From Puniceicoccaceae bacterium (GTDB lineage: Bacteria; Verrucomicrobiota; Verrucomicrobiia; Opitutales; Oceanipulchritudinaceae), in NCBI GenBank assembly GCA_040830765.1, contig JBFOMH010000028.1, positions 1 through 64,000 of the forward strand: DNA of 64,000 bases, read 5' to 3'. This document shows, piece after piece, positions 29,014-38,983 of the stretch (positions are counted from its first letter, which is position 1; every line of letters starts with the position of its first letter). A program made the translations under genes and the position numbers. The notes below the pieces were generated by a model, which was given only the letters and a program-made list of their open reading frames with translations, was not told the DNA's origin and made no database searches.

Positions 29014-31395
29014 ATGAGAGGCCTTATCCAATACCTGATCCTCGGGCTCCTGCTGGCGGCTCTCAGCCCGCTTTCCGCCCAGACACAAGTCACGGACCGT
29101 ATCGTTGGCGATATCGATATTGAGTTTGTCGATATTCGAAACATCAGTGATGAGGCTGTCCTCGCCCGTCTCCAAATCAGGGAGGGCATGCCTTTCAGCC
29201 AGAACCTGGTCGACCGCTCGATCCGCAACCTTTATGCCACCCGGCTTTTCGATTTTATCGAGGCCCGGACAGAGGACATGAGCGGCGGGCAATTGCGGGT
29301 TATCTTTACTGTCCAGGCTCGTTACCGGGTCGCTGAAATCGAGATCAGTGGCAACAACAAGGTCAAGACCCGGCGTCTTCGCCGCGAGGTGGATATCCGG
29401 GTTGGCCAAAGTATTGATGAGCGGCGCATCCGGCGGGGTGCCGACAGCATCAAGGAATATTATCGCGACAAGGGTTATACGGAAGTGCGGGTCGATTACC
29501 GCATCGACAAGAATCCCAACACCGGTGACGGGAAAGTTATTTTCCTCATCAATGAGGGACTCAAGCTGAAGATCGATGATGTCGAGTTTATCGGGAACAC
29601 CGCATTTTCCGGTCGCCAGCTGAAGAAGGAAATGGAAACCCGCAAGCGCTGGTTCCTGTCCTGGCTCACCGGGTCAGGTCGCTTCGACGAGGTGAAGTTC
29701 CAGGAAGACCTTGAGCGTCTGCGGGCCAAGTATCTCAATGCCGGTTATCTCGATGTCAGTATTCCGGAATCAAATGTTTCCCTCGATTATCCTAAGCCTG
29801 GGAAGATTGTCGTTACCATCCGGGTTGATGAAGGGCGCCAGTACCGGGTGGGGGACATCCGCTTTGAAGGAAATACCATTTTCCCGACGCCACTCCTCTT
29901 TGCTTCCATTGACCTTCTGCCGGGGGATATCTTCTCCCCTGAAGTACTGGACGAGGATGTCGAGCGCCTGACCAATATTTACGGATCCGTTGGTTATCTT
30001 GACACCAGCGTCCGGCCGGACCGCCGGGCCAATATCGAGACCGGGAACATCGACCTCATCTACAACATCCGCGAAAGTGAGAAGTTCGACGTTGAGTCGA
30101 TCATTATCGAGGGCAACACCAAGACCAAGAGCACGGTCATTATCCGGGAACTGGCCCTGTCCCCCGGGCGGACCTTCAACATGGTCTACATGAAGAACAG
30201 TGAGGCCATCCTCAAGAACACCCGCTTCTTTGAGGAAGTCCAGCTATCCCCCGAACCGACGAACATTCCCGGCAAGCGGAACCTCAAGATCCGGGTCAAG
30301 GAAGGCCGAACCGGAAACTTCCAGTTCGGGGCCGGATTCAGCTCCATCGAGAATGCCGTCTTTTTCTTCGAGGTTTCCCAAGGGAACTTCGACCTCTTCA
30401 AGTGGCGCTCACCGTTCCTGCAAGGGGATGGTCAGAAATTCCGCTTCCGCGGTTCCATTGGTTCCACCTCCAACGAAGTGGTCCTGGCCTTTGAAGAACC
30501 TTGGTTTTTTGAGCGACGTCTGGCCTTCGGTTTTGAACTCTTCCGGCGCGAAACGGACTTCAACAGTACGACCTACGACGAAATGCGTACGGGCCTGCAG
30601 CTCTACCTGAGAAAGCGTCTCTTCGGGCTCGTTAATGGCCAGTTGGCCTACAACTACGAAATCGTTGATCTCCGCAACGTCAGCAGCAACGCCCCGTTCG
30701 TCATCCGCGAAGAGGCGGCGGAAAGCCCGCGCTCGGTGTCCAAGATGGCTTTCACCATGTGGCGCGATACCCGGAACGACCTCATCTTTACTACCCGGGG
30801 CAGCCGAATTTCGCTCACCTCGACCTTTGCCGGTATCGGTGGAGATACGGAATACCTTAAATTTGAGGGTCGCAGCGCCTTCTTCGTTCCCACTTTTGAA
30901 TTGGGCGACCAGGTCATCATTCTTCTCGCCCGGGCTGGCTCGATTTGGGAATACAGCGGACAATTCGCTCCCTTCTTTGATCGTTTTTACATGGGTGGGC
31001 CGGATTCCCTGCGTGGATTTGACTACCGCGATGTCGGGCCGATCAGTGGTTTTGATGAGGATGGCAGCCCCAATGGCGATTTTATCGGGGAGCCCATCGG
31101 CGGTAATTCCTACGGCTTTGCCAGTCTGGAATACTCCATCAAACTGGCCGATGCGATGCGGATTGCCCTCTTTTATGACTGGGGCTTTGTCAACAAGGAC
31201 GACTTCGACTTCAATCCCTCTACCTACAACGATAACTTCGGTTTCGGGGTGCGTCTTCTGGTCCTCGGAAATCCGCTCCGTCTCGACTACGGAATACCCA
31301 TCACTTCATCGGAATATTACGATGAAAACGGGAACCTCCGCTACACCAACGATACCGGAAATCAGTTCAATTTCTCCTTTGGTACCCGTTTTTAA
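29014..31395 (+). CDS. bamA: Outer membrane protein assembly factor BamA
   Basis: Signal peptide, POTRA repeats (GN...), SLRGFD motif, C-terminal FSFGTRF. Confidence 0.95.
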   Translation: MRGLIQYLILGLLLAALSPLSAQTQVTDRIVGDIDIEFVDIRNISDEAVLARLQIREGMPFSQNLVDRSIRNLYATRLFDFIEARTEDMSGGQLRVIFTVQARYRVAEIEISGNNKVKTRRLRREVDIRVGQSIDERRIRRGADSIKEYYRDKGYTEVRVDYRIDKNPNTGDGKVIFLINEGLKLKIDDVEFIGNTAFSGRQLKKEMETRKRWFLSWLTGSGRFDEVKFQEDLERLRAKYLNAGYLDVSIPESNVSLDYPKPGKIVVTIRVDEGRQYRVGDIRFEGNTIFPTPLLFASIDLLPGDIFSPEVLDEDVERLTNIYGSVGYLDTSVRPDRRANIETGNIDLIYNIRESEKFDVESIIIEGNTKTKSTVIIRELALSPGRTFNMVYMKNSEAILKNTRFFEEVQLSPEPTNIPGKRNLKIRVKEGRTGNFQFGAGFSSIENAVFFFEVSQGNFDLFKWRSPFLQGDGQKFRFRGSIGSTSNEVVLAFEEPWFFERRLAFGFELFRRETDFNSTTYDEMRTGLQLYLRKRLFGLVNGQLAYNYEIVDLRNVSSNAPFVIREEAAESPRSVSKMAFTMWRDTRNDLIFTTRGSRISLTSTFAGIGGDTEYLKFEGRSAFFVPTFELGDQVIILLARAGSIWEYSGQFAPFFDRFYMGGPDSLRGFDYRDVGPISGFDEDGSPNGDFIGEPIGGNSYGFASLEYSIKLADAMRIALFYDWGFVNKDDFDFNPSTYNDNFGFGVRLLVLGNPLRLDYGIPITSSEYYDENGNLRYTNDTGNQFNFSFGTRF

Positions 31396-31464
31396 ATTTG
31401 AACACCCCTTTGTTTCTGGGGTCTCTTCAACATTGACCTATCGAACAAATCCATCAAAACATTC

Positions 31465-32052
31465 ATGAAAATGAGAAATATAAAGAAACTCCTTCTGCCC
31501 GTTCTCGCGATGGGCGCCCTTGCTTTTAATGCGGCCAATGCGGAGGTAACAATCGTTACTGTGAATCTGCAGAAGCTTCTCGACGGCTACTACAAAGCCG
31601 CCCAGGCCACACAGCGCCTCGAAAGTGTCCAGCAGCAAGCTGTCGCCGAGCGCGAGGAAAAGGCCAAGGAACTCGAAGGCCTTGTCCAGGACTTCCAGAC
31701 CAAGCAGGAAGAGCTCCAGAATCCTGTCCTTTCCGAGGACTCCAAGGCTGAAATGGAAGCTGAAATCCAGCAGATGGGTCTTGGTATCCAGCAGAAGCAG
31801 CAGGAAGCCCAGCGCTGGTGGCAGCAGAAGGTCAATGACCTGCAGCAGCAGAGCCAGGAAATCAGCCGCGACCTCATCAATGAGATCGTCAAGCTGGTGC
31901 AGGAAATCGCCCTGCGGGATCACTCTGCCGACCTTGTCCTCGACAGCAGCTCCCCGGCTGGTGGTGTTCCCACTCTCCTTTACGGCAGCGACTCTCTGGA
32001 CATCACCGACAAGGTGTTGAACCAGCTCAATGCTGACGCACCGACCGAGTAA
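31465..32052 (+). CDS. skp: OmpH/Skp periplasmic chaperone
   Basis: Signal peptide, Q/E-rich coiled coil, DLVLD...DITDKVL; between bamA and lpxD. Confidence 0.9.
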   Translation: MKMRNIKKLLLPVLAMGALAFNAANAEVTIVTVNLQKLLDGYYKAAQATQRLESVQQQAVAEREEKAKELEGLVQDFQTKQEELQNPVLSEDSKAEMEAEIQQMGLGIQQKQQEAQRWWQQKVNDLQQQSQEISRDLINEIVKLVQEIALRDHSADLVLDSSSPAGGVPTLLYGSDSLDITDKVLNQLNADAPTE

Positions 32053-32080
32053 GCCCCGCTCAACGGTCTGTAACCTTTCC

Positions 32081-32115
32081 AATCCCGGTCCCTCGTTGGG
32101 GACCGGGATTTTTTT
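32081..32115 (+). terminator. Rho-independent terminator
   Basis: AATCCCGGTCCC-TCGTTG-GGGACCGGGATT followed by a T-tract. Confidence 0.85.
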
Positions 32116-32163
32116 GTCCTGAAAACGGTTGAAAGGGTGGGATGATGGCTCAAGCTGAAAGGC

Positions 32164-33195
32164 ATGAGCTGGGAACTTTCAGTTGATCATATTCTGCAAC
32201 TACTGGGTACGGAAGCGTCCCAGGGGGAATACGCCGGGACGGTTACCGGCATAGCGGACCTCAGGAGCGCGGAGGCCGGTGAGCTGAGCTTCCTCAGTTC
32301 CAGCAAGTACGCCAAGTATCTTGCTTCAAGCAGGGCGAGTGTGATTCTGGTACCGGCCGATCAGGAGGGAACGCCAGCGGACAACCAGGTGTGGATACCG
32401 ATTGAGAGTCCATCGGTGGCCCTGGCAGGAATTTGTTCCCATCTGGAAAAGCAGTTGGCTCCCCGTCCGGAGGCGGGCGTGCATCCATCCGCGGTTGTTG
32501 ATCCGGAGGCCAGTGTTGATCCGACAGCCCACATCGGACCCTTCTGTGTTATCGGGAAAGGGGCTGTCATCGGTGCCCATGCGGTGCTGCAATCCAACGT
32601 CAGTATTGAACACGGGGCCCGGGTTGGTTCCGGTTCCACTCTCTATCATGGCGCCGTGGTTGCCTGGAACTGCGTGGTTGGGGAAAACTGTCTCATTTAC
32701 CATGGTGCCAAGATTGGGTCCGACGGATTTGGGTATCATTCCGACAAGGCCGGCCACACCCGCCTGCCGCAGATCGGGACAACGGTCCTTGAGAACAACG
32801 TTGAAGTTGGGGCCAACTCGACCATTGACCGGGCCCGCTTCGCCGAGACCCGGATCGGGCAGGGGACGAAAATCGACAACCTTGTCCAGGTCGGTCACAA
32901 CGTCGTCATTGGCAAGCACTGCATCCTTTGCTCCGGAGTGGGGATATCAGGAAGCACGGAATTGGGCAATTTCGTGGTACTCGCCGGCCAGGTCGGCGTG
33001 AATGGGCATATCAAGATTGCTGACGGGGTCACGGCAACGGGACAGAGCGGTGTCACCAAGGATACCCAGCCCGGCCTCATCCTCAGCGGGACGCCGGCTG
33101 GGCCGCACCGGGAGGAGATGCGCAAACAAGTCCTGATACGCCAACTACCGGATTTTATGAAACGGGTGAAGGCCCTTGAGGAACGGATGAATTAA
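32164..33195 (+). CDS. lpxD: UDP-3-O-acyl-glucosamine N-acyltransferase
   Basis: Hexapeptide repeats, IGSDGFGY, GANSTIDR and KIDNLVQVGHN. Confidence 0.95.
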   Translation: MSWELSVDHILQLLGTEASQGEYAGTVTGIADLRSAEAGELSFLSSSKYAKYLASSRASVILVPADQEGTPADNQVWIPIESPSVALAGICSHLEKQLAPRPEAGVHPSAVVDPEASVDPTAHIGPFCVIGKGAVIGAHAVLQSNVSIEHGARVGSGSTLYHGAVVAWNCVVGENCLIYHGAKIGSDGFGYHSDKAGHTRLPQIGTTVLENNVEVGANSTIDRARFAETRIGQGTKIDNLVQVGHNVVIGKHCILCSGVGISGSTELGNFVVLAGQVGVNGHIKIADGVTATGQSGVTKDTQPGLILSGTPAGPHREEMRKQVLIRQLPDFMKRVKALEERMN

Positions 33196-33264
33196 TTTCC
33201 ATGGTATTTGTTTGCCACCCTCCGCAAGGCCTTCCATTGAATTAACACAAGTTCGATAGAGATT

Positions 33265-34212
33265 ATGCAGCTGGGTGAAATGAAAATTCTGATGGGGAGT
33301 GCCAATGTTCCCCTGTCCAAGTCTGTCTGTGAATTTGTGGGTACCGAACCCACCCATGTCACCCTGAAGCGCTTTCCGGACAAGGAGGTATTCGTCAAGA
33401 TTGACGAGAACATCCGGGGCAAGGATGTCTTCATTATCCAGCCAACCTGCCCCCCGGCCAACGACAACCTGATGGAGCTGCTCATCATGATGGATGCCGC
33501 CCGTCGGGCCTCCGCGCGGCGTATCACGGCCGTCCTTCCCTTTTATGGTTATGCCCGGCAGGACCGCAAGGACCAGCCGCGGGTACCGATTACCGCCAAG
33601 TTGGTGGCCAATCTACTCGTGACTGCCGGGGCCAACCGTGTGCTCACGATGGACCTCCATGCCCCCCAGATTCAGGGTTTCTTCGATATCCCGGTGGATC
33701 ACCTCTATGCTTCCACGGTCTTTTTCGATTACCTGAAGAAGTTCAAGGATGAGGACCTCATTGTCATCTCCCCGGATGTCGGTGGGATGAAGATGGCCTC
33801 CGCCTATGCGGATATGCTGGGAACGGATTTCGGCTTTGTGGCCAAGAAACGCAAGGATGCCACCGAAGTGGAGGCCACGAGTGTGGTTGGCGATGTCGAA
33901 GGCAAGTCGGTGCTTATCGTCGATGACCTTACTGAGTCTGCCGGCACCCTGCAGGCGGCTGCCAAATTACTCAAGGAACAAGGCGCCTCCAAAGTCCGGG
34001 CAGCGGTGAGTCACGCCGTGCTCAACGAGAAGGGCTATGAGCGTATGAAGGAAGGCTTTCTCGATGAATTGATCTCAACCAATTCCACTCCGGTGGATTG
34101 CCGCGGTCTTCCGATCACCATCCTTTCCATCGCGCCTTTGCTGGGCGAGGCGATGTTGCGCATCAATAACCACCAGAGCGTCACCTCACTCTTCAAGATC
34201 AAGGGATTTTAA
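33265..34212 (+). CDS. prs: Ribose-phosphate pyrophosphokinase
   Basis: NDNLMELL, YGYARQDRK, SPDVGG and IVDDL. Confidence 0.96.
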   Translation: MQLGEMKILMGSANVPLSKSVCEFVGTEPTHVTLKRFPDKEVFVKIDENIRGKDVFIIQPTCPPANDNLMELLIMMDAARRASARRITAVLPFYGYARQDRKDQPRVPITAKLVANLLVTAGANRVLTMDLHAPQIQGFFDIPVDHLYASTVFFDYLKKFKDEDLIVISPDVGGMKMASAYADMLGTDFGFVAKKRKDATEVEATSVVGDVEGKSVLIVDDLTESAGTLQAAAKLLKEQGASKVRAAVSHAVLNEKGYERMKEGFLDELISTNSTPVDCRGLPITILSIAPLLGEAMLRINNHQSVTSLFKIKGF

Positions 34213-34311
34213 GGCTCCCTGACTTGAAATCTTTCCAAGTTTGGAAAGATTATTTTTGAATAAATCGTGCCCTTGGCGCGTCAAAACCCGGTGATGACAT
34301 CATTTATTCAC

Positions 34312-35799
34312 ATGAAGAAATCGATTGATTCTGGAAAATTGAATGTGTGGCAACGCGGAACAGGCATCTGCCTGCTCCTTCTGGCATTTGGGGCAGCCCC
34401 GCTCCTGGGCGAGGAGTCCTTCCCGATGGACACCAGCCCGGTCGAGGATGGGACTTTGCCCAGCATCGCCAGCTATGCGGACACCCTTGAACCGGCGCGC
34501 TCGGCAGTGGTTTCCGTGACAACGGCGAGTATTGTCGAGATCATGCGCAATCGCGGCCGCAGCCCGATGGAGGAATTCCTGCGCCGCTACTACGGCCTCC
34601 CGGAGGATCCCCGCCGCCAGCAACCGGATGGTGAACGCCGTGAGCAGCGTGTTCCCAATGGGCTCGGTTCCGGTGTCATTATTTCCGAGGATGGTTACAT
34701 TCTGACCAATAACCACGTTGTCTCCGACAATTCCGGTGAACCCGCGGACGAGATCACCGTCCACTTGGATGACGGACGTGAAGTGGAGGCAACCCTCGTT
34801 GGCCGTGACGAGCGGACCGATGTCGCCCTCCTGAAGATTGAGGAGAGTGGCTTGCCCTTCATTACAATGGCGGACAGCAACCAGCTGCGGGTCGGTGACA
34901 TTGTCTTTGCTATCGGGAATCCGCTGGGGGTGGGGCAGACCAGTACCATGGGTATTGTCTCCGCAACTGAACGGACCAACCTTGGCCTGCTAGGCAACCA
35001 AGGCTACGAGAACTTTATCCAAACCGATGCGGCCATTAACCGCGGTAATTCCGGCGGGGCCCTTGTCGATGCCAAGGGACGCCTTGTCGGCATCAACACC
35101 GCCATCTTCTCCCAGACTGGGGGGAACATCGGAATCGGTTTTGCCATCCCGTCCCGACTGGCTCGTACGGTTGTGCTGGAGCTGATTGATAGCGGCCGCG
35201 TCCGCCGCGGTTATCTAGGCGTTTCCATCAGCGACCTCAATCTGGACATGGCGGAGGCCTTTGGCCTTGAGTCCACAGAAGGTGCGCTTGTCGAAGCGGT
35301 CCAGGAATCCACCCCGGCTGCCCGAGCTGGCATGGAACGGGGAGACATCATCACCCACATTGAAGGTGAGGTTGTTGAGTCCGTGGCTGATTTGCGCCTG
35401 AAGGTGGCCTCGATGCGTCCGGGAACAGAGATTAATATCAGCATCCTGAGGGATGGTGAGGAGGAGAATTTGGTAGTCACCCTGGGCAGTCTTGATGACC
35501 CGACAGCAGTCGTGACCGGGGAAGATTCCCCGCTTGATGGCGTCGGCCTTGAGCCGCTCACTCCAGCTTCCGCTGAGGAATGGAACGTCGATGAGGAATC
35601 CGGCATTATCGTGACGGAGGTCAACCCGCGATCGCCCTTTGCCCAGATCCTGGCCAGTGGCATGGTTATCCTGGAGGTCAACGACGAGGCTGTCTCGACC
35701 ATCGGTGAACTGAATGCCAACCTGCGCCCAGGCAGGGTCAACAAGCTGTGGGTATCCTTCCGGGGCAACCGTGGTTACCTCGCCTTGCGGATTCCCTGA
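34312..35799 (+). CDS. degP: HtrA/DegP-Q periplasmic serine protease (2 PDZ)
   Basis: TNNHVV, TDVALLK and QTDAAINRGNSGG; start uncertain. Confidence 0.9.
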   Translation: MKKSIDSGKLNVWQRGTGICLLLLAFGAAPLLGEESFPMDTSPVEDGTLPSIASYADTLEPARSAVVSVTTASIVEIMRNRGRSPMEEFLRRYYGLPEDPRRQQPDGERREQRVPNGLGSGVIISEDGYILTNNHVVSDNSGEPADEITVHLDDGREVEATLVGRDERTDVALLKIEESGLPFITMADSNQLRVGDIVFAIGNPLGVGQTSTMGIVSATERTNLGLLGNQGYENFIQTDAAINRGNSGGALVDAKGRLVGINTAIFSQTGGNIGIGFAIPSRLARTVVLELIDSGRVRRGYLGVSISDLNLDMAEAFGLESTEGALVEAVQESTPAARAGMERGDIITHIEGEVVESVADLRLKVASMRPGTEINISILRDGEEENLVVTLGSLDDPTAVVTGEDSPLDGVGLEPLTPASAEEWNVDEESGIIVTEVNPRSPFAQILASGMVILEVNDEAVSTIGELNANLRPGRVNKLWVSFRGNRGYLALRIP

Positions 35800-35801
35800 G
35801 T

Positions 35802-37877
35802 TTAGTTGCTGCCGAGCAGATCGAGGCGCCTGAGGAGTGCATCCGGATCCGGATCGCGGCCCATGAAGTCGCGGAACAAGACCGCCGGGTCCTTGGCGTT
35901 GCCCATGGCCAGGACTGACTTGCGGAAGGCCAGTCCTGTTTCCTGGTTGAGGATACCTTCATCGGCAAACCGGGTAAAGGCGTCCGCGTCGAGGACTTCG
36001 GCCCACTTGTAGCTGTAGTAGCCGGCGGCATATCCGGTAGCATCGCTGAACAGGTGGCCAAAGGAGCGGATTCCGCTGTTCAACTCAACGTTGACCGGCG
36101 GGAGGTAGCCTTCAAGGGAGTCCTTGATAAAGGCATCCATGTCGGCACCGTTGGCGGGATCGAACTCCATGTGCAGGGCGAGGTCCATTTTACCGAGGGA
36201 GAGCTGACGCATCTGCATGCGCGCAGCGCCCAGGTTACGGCACTTCTTCATCTTTTGGAAAAGGTCCTCCGGGATGGTCTCACCGGTTTCGTAATGACGG
36301 GCAAAAAGGTCCAGGCTCTCGCGCTCCCAGCACCAGTTCTCCATGATCTGGGAGGGCAGTTCGACAAAGTCCCAGGCGACATTGACACCCGCCAGGCTGG
36401 GGATTTTTACCTCGCTGAGCAGGTGGTGCAGGAGATGGCCGAACTCGTGGAAGACGGTCTCGACATCACTGTGGTTAAGCAAGGCCGGCTTGTCCCCGAC
36501 GGGTGGTGTGAGGTTCCCGGCAATCTGCCCCAGATGCGGGCTCAGGGTGCCGTCTTCCATCGGTTCACCGGTGATCATGAAAGACATCCAAGCACCGCTG
36601 CGCTTGGATTCGCGCGGGTACCAGTCGGTGTAGAAAGAGCCAAGATGGCGCCCGTCGGCGGAATCATGAATGGCAAACAACTGGACCTCCGGATGCCAGG
36701 TGTCTGGCTTGGGATCGGTGACTTCCTTGACGGTGATCCCGAAGATGCGTTCCACTAGCTTGAACATACCGGTCATGACCGATTCCATGGGGAAGTAGGG
36801 CCGCAGGACCTCCTCGTCGAAGTCATAGTGTTCCTTGCGCCGCTTTTCACTCCAGTAGGCGACCTCCCACTGGTTCAGGGGGGCTGGTTCACCACCGGTA
36901 TGGGCAGCCTTGAATTCCTGCAGCTCCTCGATTTCGCGGTCAAATGCCGGTTTGGTCTTTTGCTGCAGGTCCTCGACAAAGGACAAGGCACGCTGGCCGG
37001 ACTTGGCCATGCGCCGGGAGAGGACCCAGTCGGGGAAAATGTCCTTGCCGAGCAGGTTCGCCTTTTCCTTCCGCAGCGCGAGAATGTCCCGGATCAGGGG
37101 TTCGTTCTCAAATTTCCCGGAGTGCCCGACATCAAGGTACGCCTCCAGCAATTCCCGTCGCAATCCGTCATCATCGACAAACCGCATCACCGGGATAAAG
37201 GAAGGGGCTTGCAGGGTGAAGCGGTACTTGGGCTCCTCCTCGGTCCCGATGCCTTTCTTGAGGGCATCGAGGCGGGCACCTTCAACGAAGGATTCCGGGA
37301 GGCCGGTCAGCTCCTCCACCGAGTCGACAATCCGCTCATACGCATTGGTCGAGTCGAGGACATTGTCGGAGAAAGTCTTGGTCTTTTCGGCGAGGATGGA
37401 CTCGATCTCGCGAAGGCGATCGCGCGTCACATCCGGCAGGTTGGCTCCGGAGTCCTCGAAGTCATGAAGTGTTTCCTCAACAAAGCGGGCTTCGACAGAG
37501 TCAAGCGCCTTGGCCGCATCGGTAGCGGCGAAATTCTTCAGTTTCCGGTACAGGTCCTGGTCGAGGGGGATGTCCGCGAAGAAGGCACTGACCTTTGGCA
37601 GAGCCGCCAGGTGGGCCGCCCGCAATTCAGCATGATCGTTGACCGCTGTCAGGTGGTTTACCTTGTGCCAGGGTTCGGAAACCTTGTCGGTGGCCTTTTC
37701 CAAGGCAACAAAGGTGTTCTCGAATGTTTCTTCGCCATCAGGGATGGCCTTGATGGCCTCAAGGCCGGCTGAACCTTGTCGGATGGCCTCATCCATACCG
37801 GGTTCCACGAGGTCAGCGGTCAGCTTCGACCAAGGGACGGAAAAGCTGTTGTCGAGTAGTAGGTTTTCAGAATGCAT
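35802..37877 (-). CDS. prlC: Oligopeptidase A (M3 family)
   Basis: FHEFGHLLH, WDFVELPSQIMENW and YAAGYYSYKWAEVL. Confidence 0.93.
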   Translation of the reverse strand: MHSENLLLDNSFSVPWSKLTADLVEPGMDEAIRQGSAGLEAIKAIPDGEETFENTFVALEKATDKVSEPWHKVNHLTAVNDHAELRAAHLAALPKVSAFFADIPLDQDLYRKLKNFAATDAAKALDSVEARFVEETLHDFEDSGANLPDVTRDRLREIESILAEKTKTFSDNVLDSTNAYERIVDSVEELTGLPESFVEGARLDALKKGIGTEEEPKYRFTLQAPSFIPVMRFVDDDGLRRELLEAYLDVGHSGKFENEPLIRDILALRKEKANLLGKDIFPDWVLSRRMAKSGQRALSFVEDLQQKTKPAFDREIEELQEFKAAHTGGEPAPLNQWEVAYWSEKRRKEHYDFDEEVLRPYFPMESVMTGMFKLVERIFGITVKEVTDPKPDTWHPEVQLFAIHDSADGRHLGSFYTDWYPRESKRSGAWMSFMITGEPMEDGTLSPHLGQIAGNLTPPVGDKPALLNHSDVETVFHEFGHLLHHLLSEVKIPSLAGVNVAWDFVELPSQIMENWCWERESLDLFARHYETGETIPEDLFQKMKKCRNLGAARMQMRQLSLGKMDLALHMEFDPANGADMDAFIKDSLEGYLPPVNVELNSGIRSFGHLFSDATGYAAGYYSYKWAEVLDADAFTRFADEGILNQETGLAFRKSVLAMGNAKDPAVLFRDFMGRDPDPDALLRRLDLLGSN

Positions 37878-37988
37878 GCCTATATCGAATCACGGAAAGT
37901 GGATGCGGCAAGAACAAGGCCAAATTTCTCACCATGAAGTCCCTGATTAAGTCTGGAAATTTCCTCAGGGGTTTCCAAGGATGAGAGA

Positions 37989-38975
37989 ATGAACGAGTCC
38001 AAAGCCCTCATTTACAAGGAATACGGCCTTCCGTCGACGGTGATTGACGTGGAGACACGACCGGTGCCGGATCCGGGACCTGGCGAAGTCCTGCTCCAGG
38101 TCTTGGCGGCCCCTGTCCATCCGTCGGATTTCGGGATGATCCTTGGTAAATATGGCCAGCTGAAGGAACTCCCAGCCATTGCTGGACGCGAGGGCGTGGC
38201 TGTTGTCAAGGCCGCCGGAGAGGGCGTTACGGAATTCCAGCCCGGAGACCGGGTGGTCGTGCCCAAGGAAATGGGCTCCTGGCAGACCTGCGGGATTGTC
38301 CCGGCAGAGGGCCTGTTCCGTGTTCCGGCGGACATTCCCGTGGAAATGGCGGCCATGGTCATGGTCAATCCCCCGACGGCCTGGCGCCTGCTGCGGGATT
38401 CCGGCCTCGCCAGCGGGGATTGGGTCATCCAGAACGCGGCCAATTCCGCGGTTGGCCTGCATGTCATTGAAATGGCTCATCACCTTGGCCTGAAGACGAT
38501 CAATGTCGTTCGTCGGGAGGAGCTGGTCGAACCGTTGCTCAAGCTCGGGGCGGACCACGTTGTCCTTGAGGATTCCGGCTACGAGAAGCGGATCAAGGAA
38601 TTAACCGGCGGTCAGCCGGTCAAGCTGGCCTTGAATTCCGTGGGAGGGGAAAGTGCCATCCACCTGGTCAATGCCCTTTCACCGGGTGGTATCCACATCA
38701 CCTTCGGGGCGATGCAGTTCGAGGCGGTCCGCTTTCCAACCCGGGCCTTGATTTTCAATGATGTCCACATGAAGGGATTCTGGATGGACAAATGGTTCCG
38801 CAGTCATTCGCAACCCCGCATCCAGATCATGTACGACAAGATTTTCGACTTGATGCGGAAGGGAATCGTCTCTCCCTCGGTTGACTCAACCTATCCAATT
38901 GAGGATTTCAAGCAGGCCTTTGAGCGTGCCGGGCAGCCACGCCTGGGCAAGGTGCTCTTCACGTTCGAGGCCTGA
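37989..38975 (+). CDS. 2-enoyl thioester reductase (MDR family, Etr1/MECR-like)
   Basis: APVHPSD, G.EGV, VNPPTAWRLL, IQNAANSAVG, ALNSVGG and GFW. Confidence 0.85.
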   Translation: MNESKALIYKEYGLPSTVIDVETRPVPDPGPGEVLLQVLAAPVHPSDFGMILGKYGQLKELPAIAGREGVAVVKAAGEGVTEFQPGDRVVVPKEMGSWQTCGIVPAEGLFRVPADIPVEMAAMVMVNPPTAWRLLRDSGLASGDWVIQNAANSAVGLHVIEMAHHLGLKTINVVRREELVEPLLKLGADHVVLEDSGYEKRIKELTGGQPVKLALNSVGGESAIHLVNALSPGGIHITFGAMQFEAVRFPTRALIFNDVHMKGFWMDKWFRSHSQPRIQIMYDKIFDLMRKGIVSPSVDSTYPIEDFKQAFERAGQPRLGKVLFTFEA

Positions 38976-38983
38976 TTTTCCAG

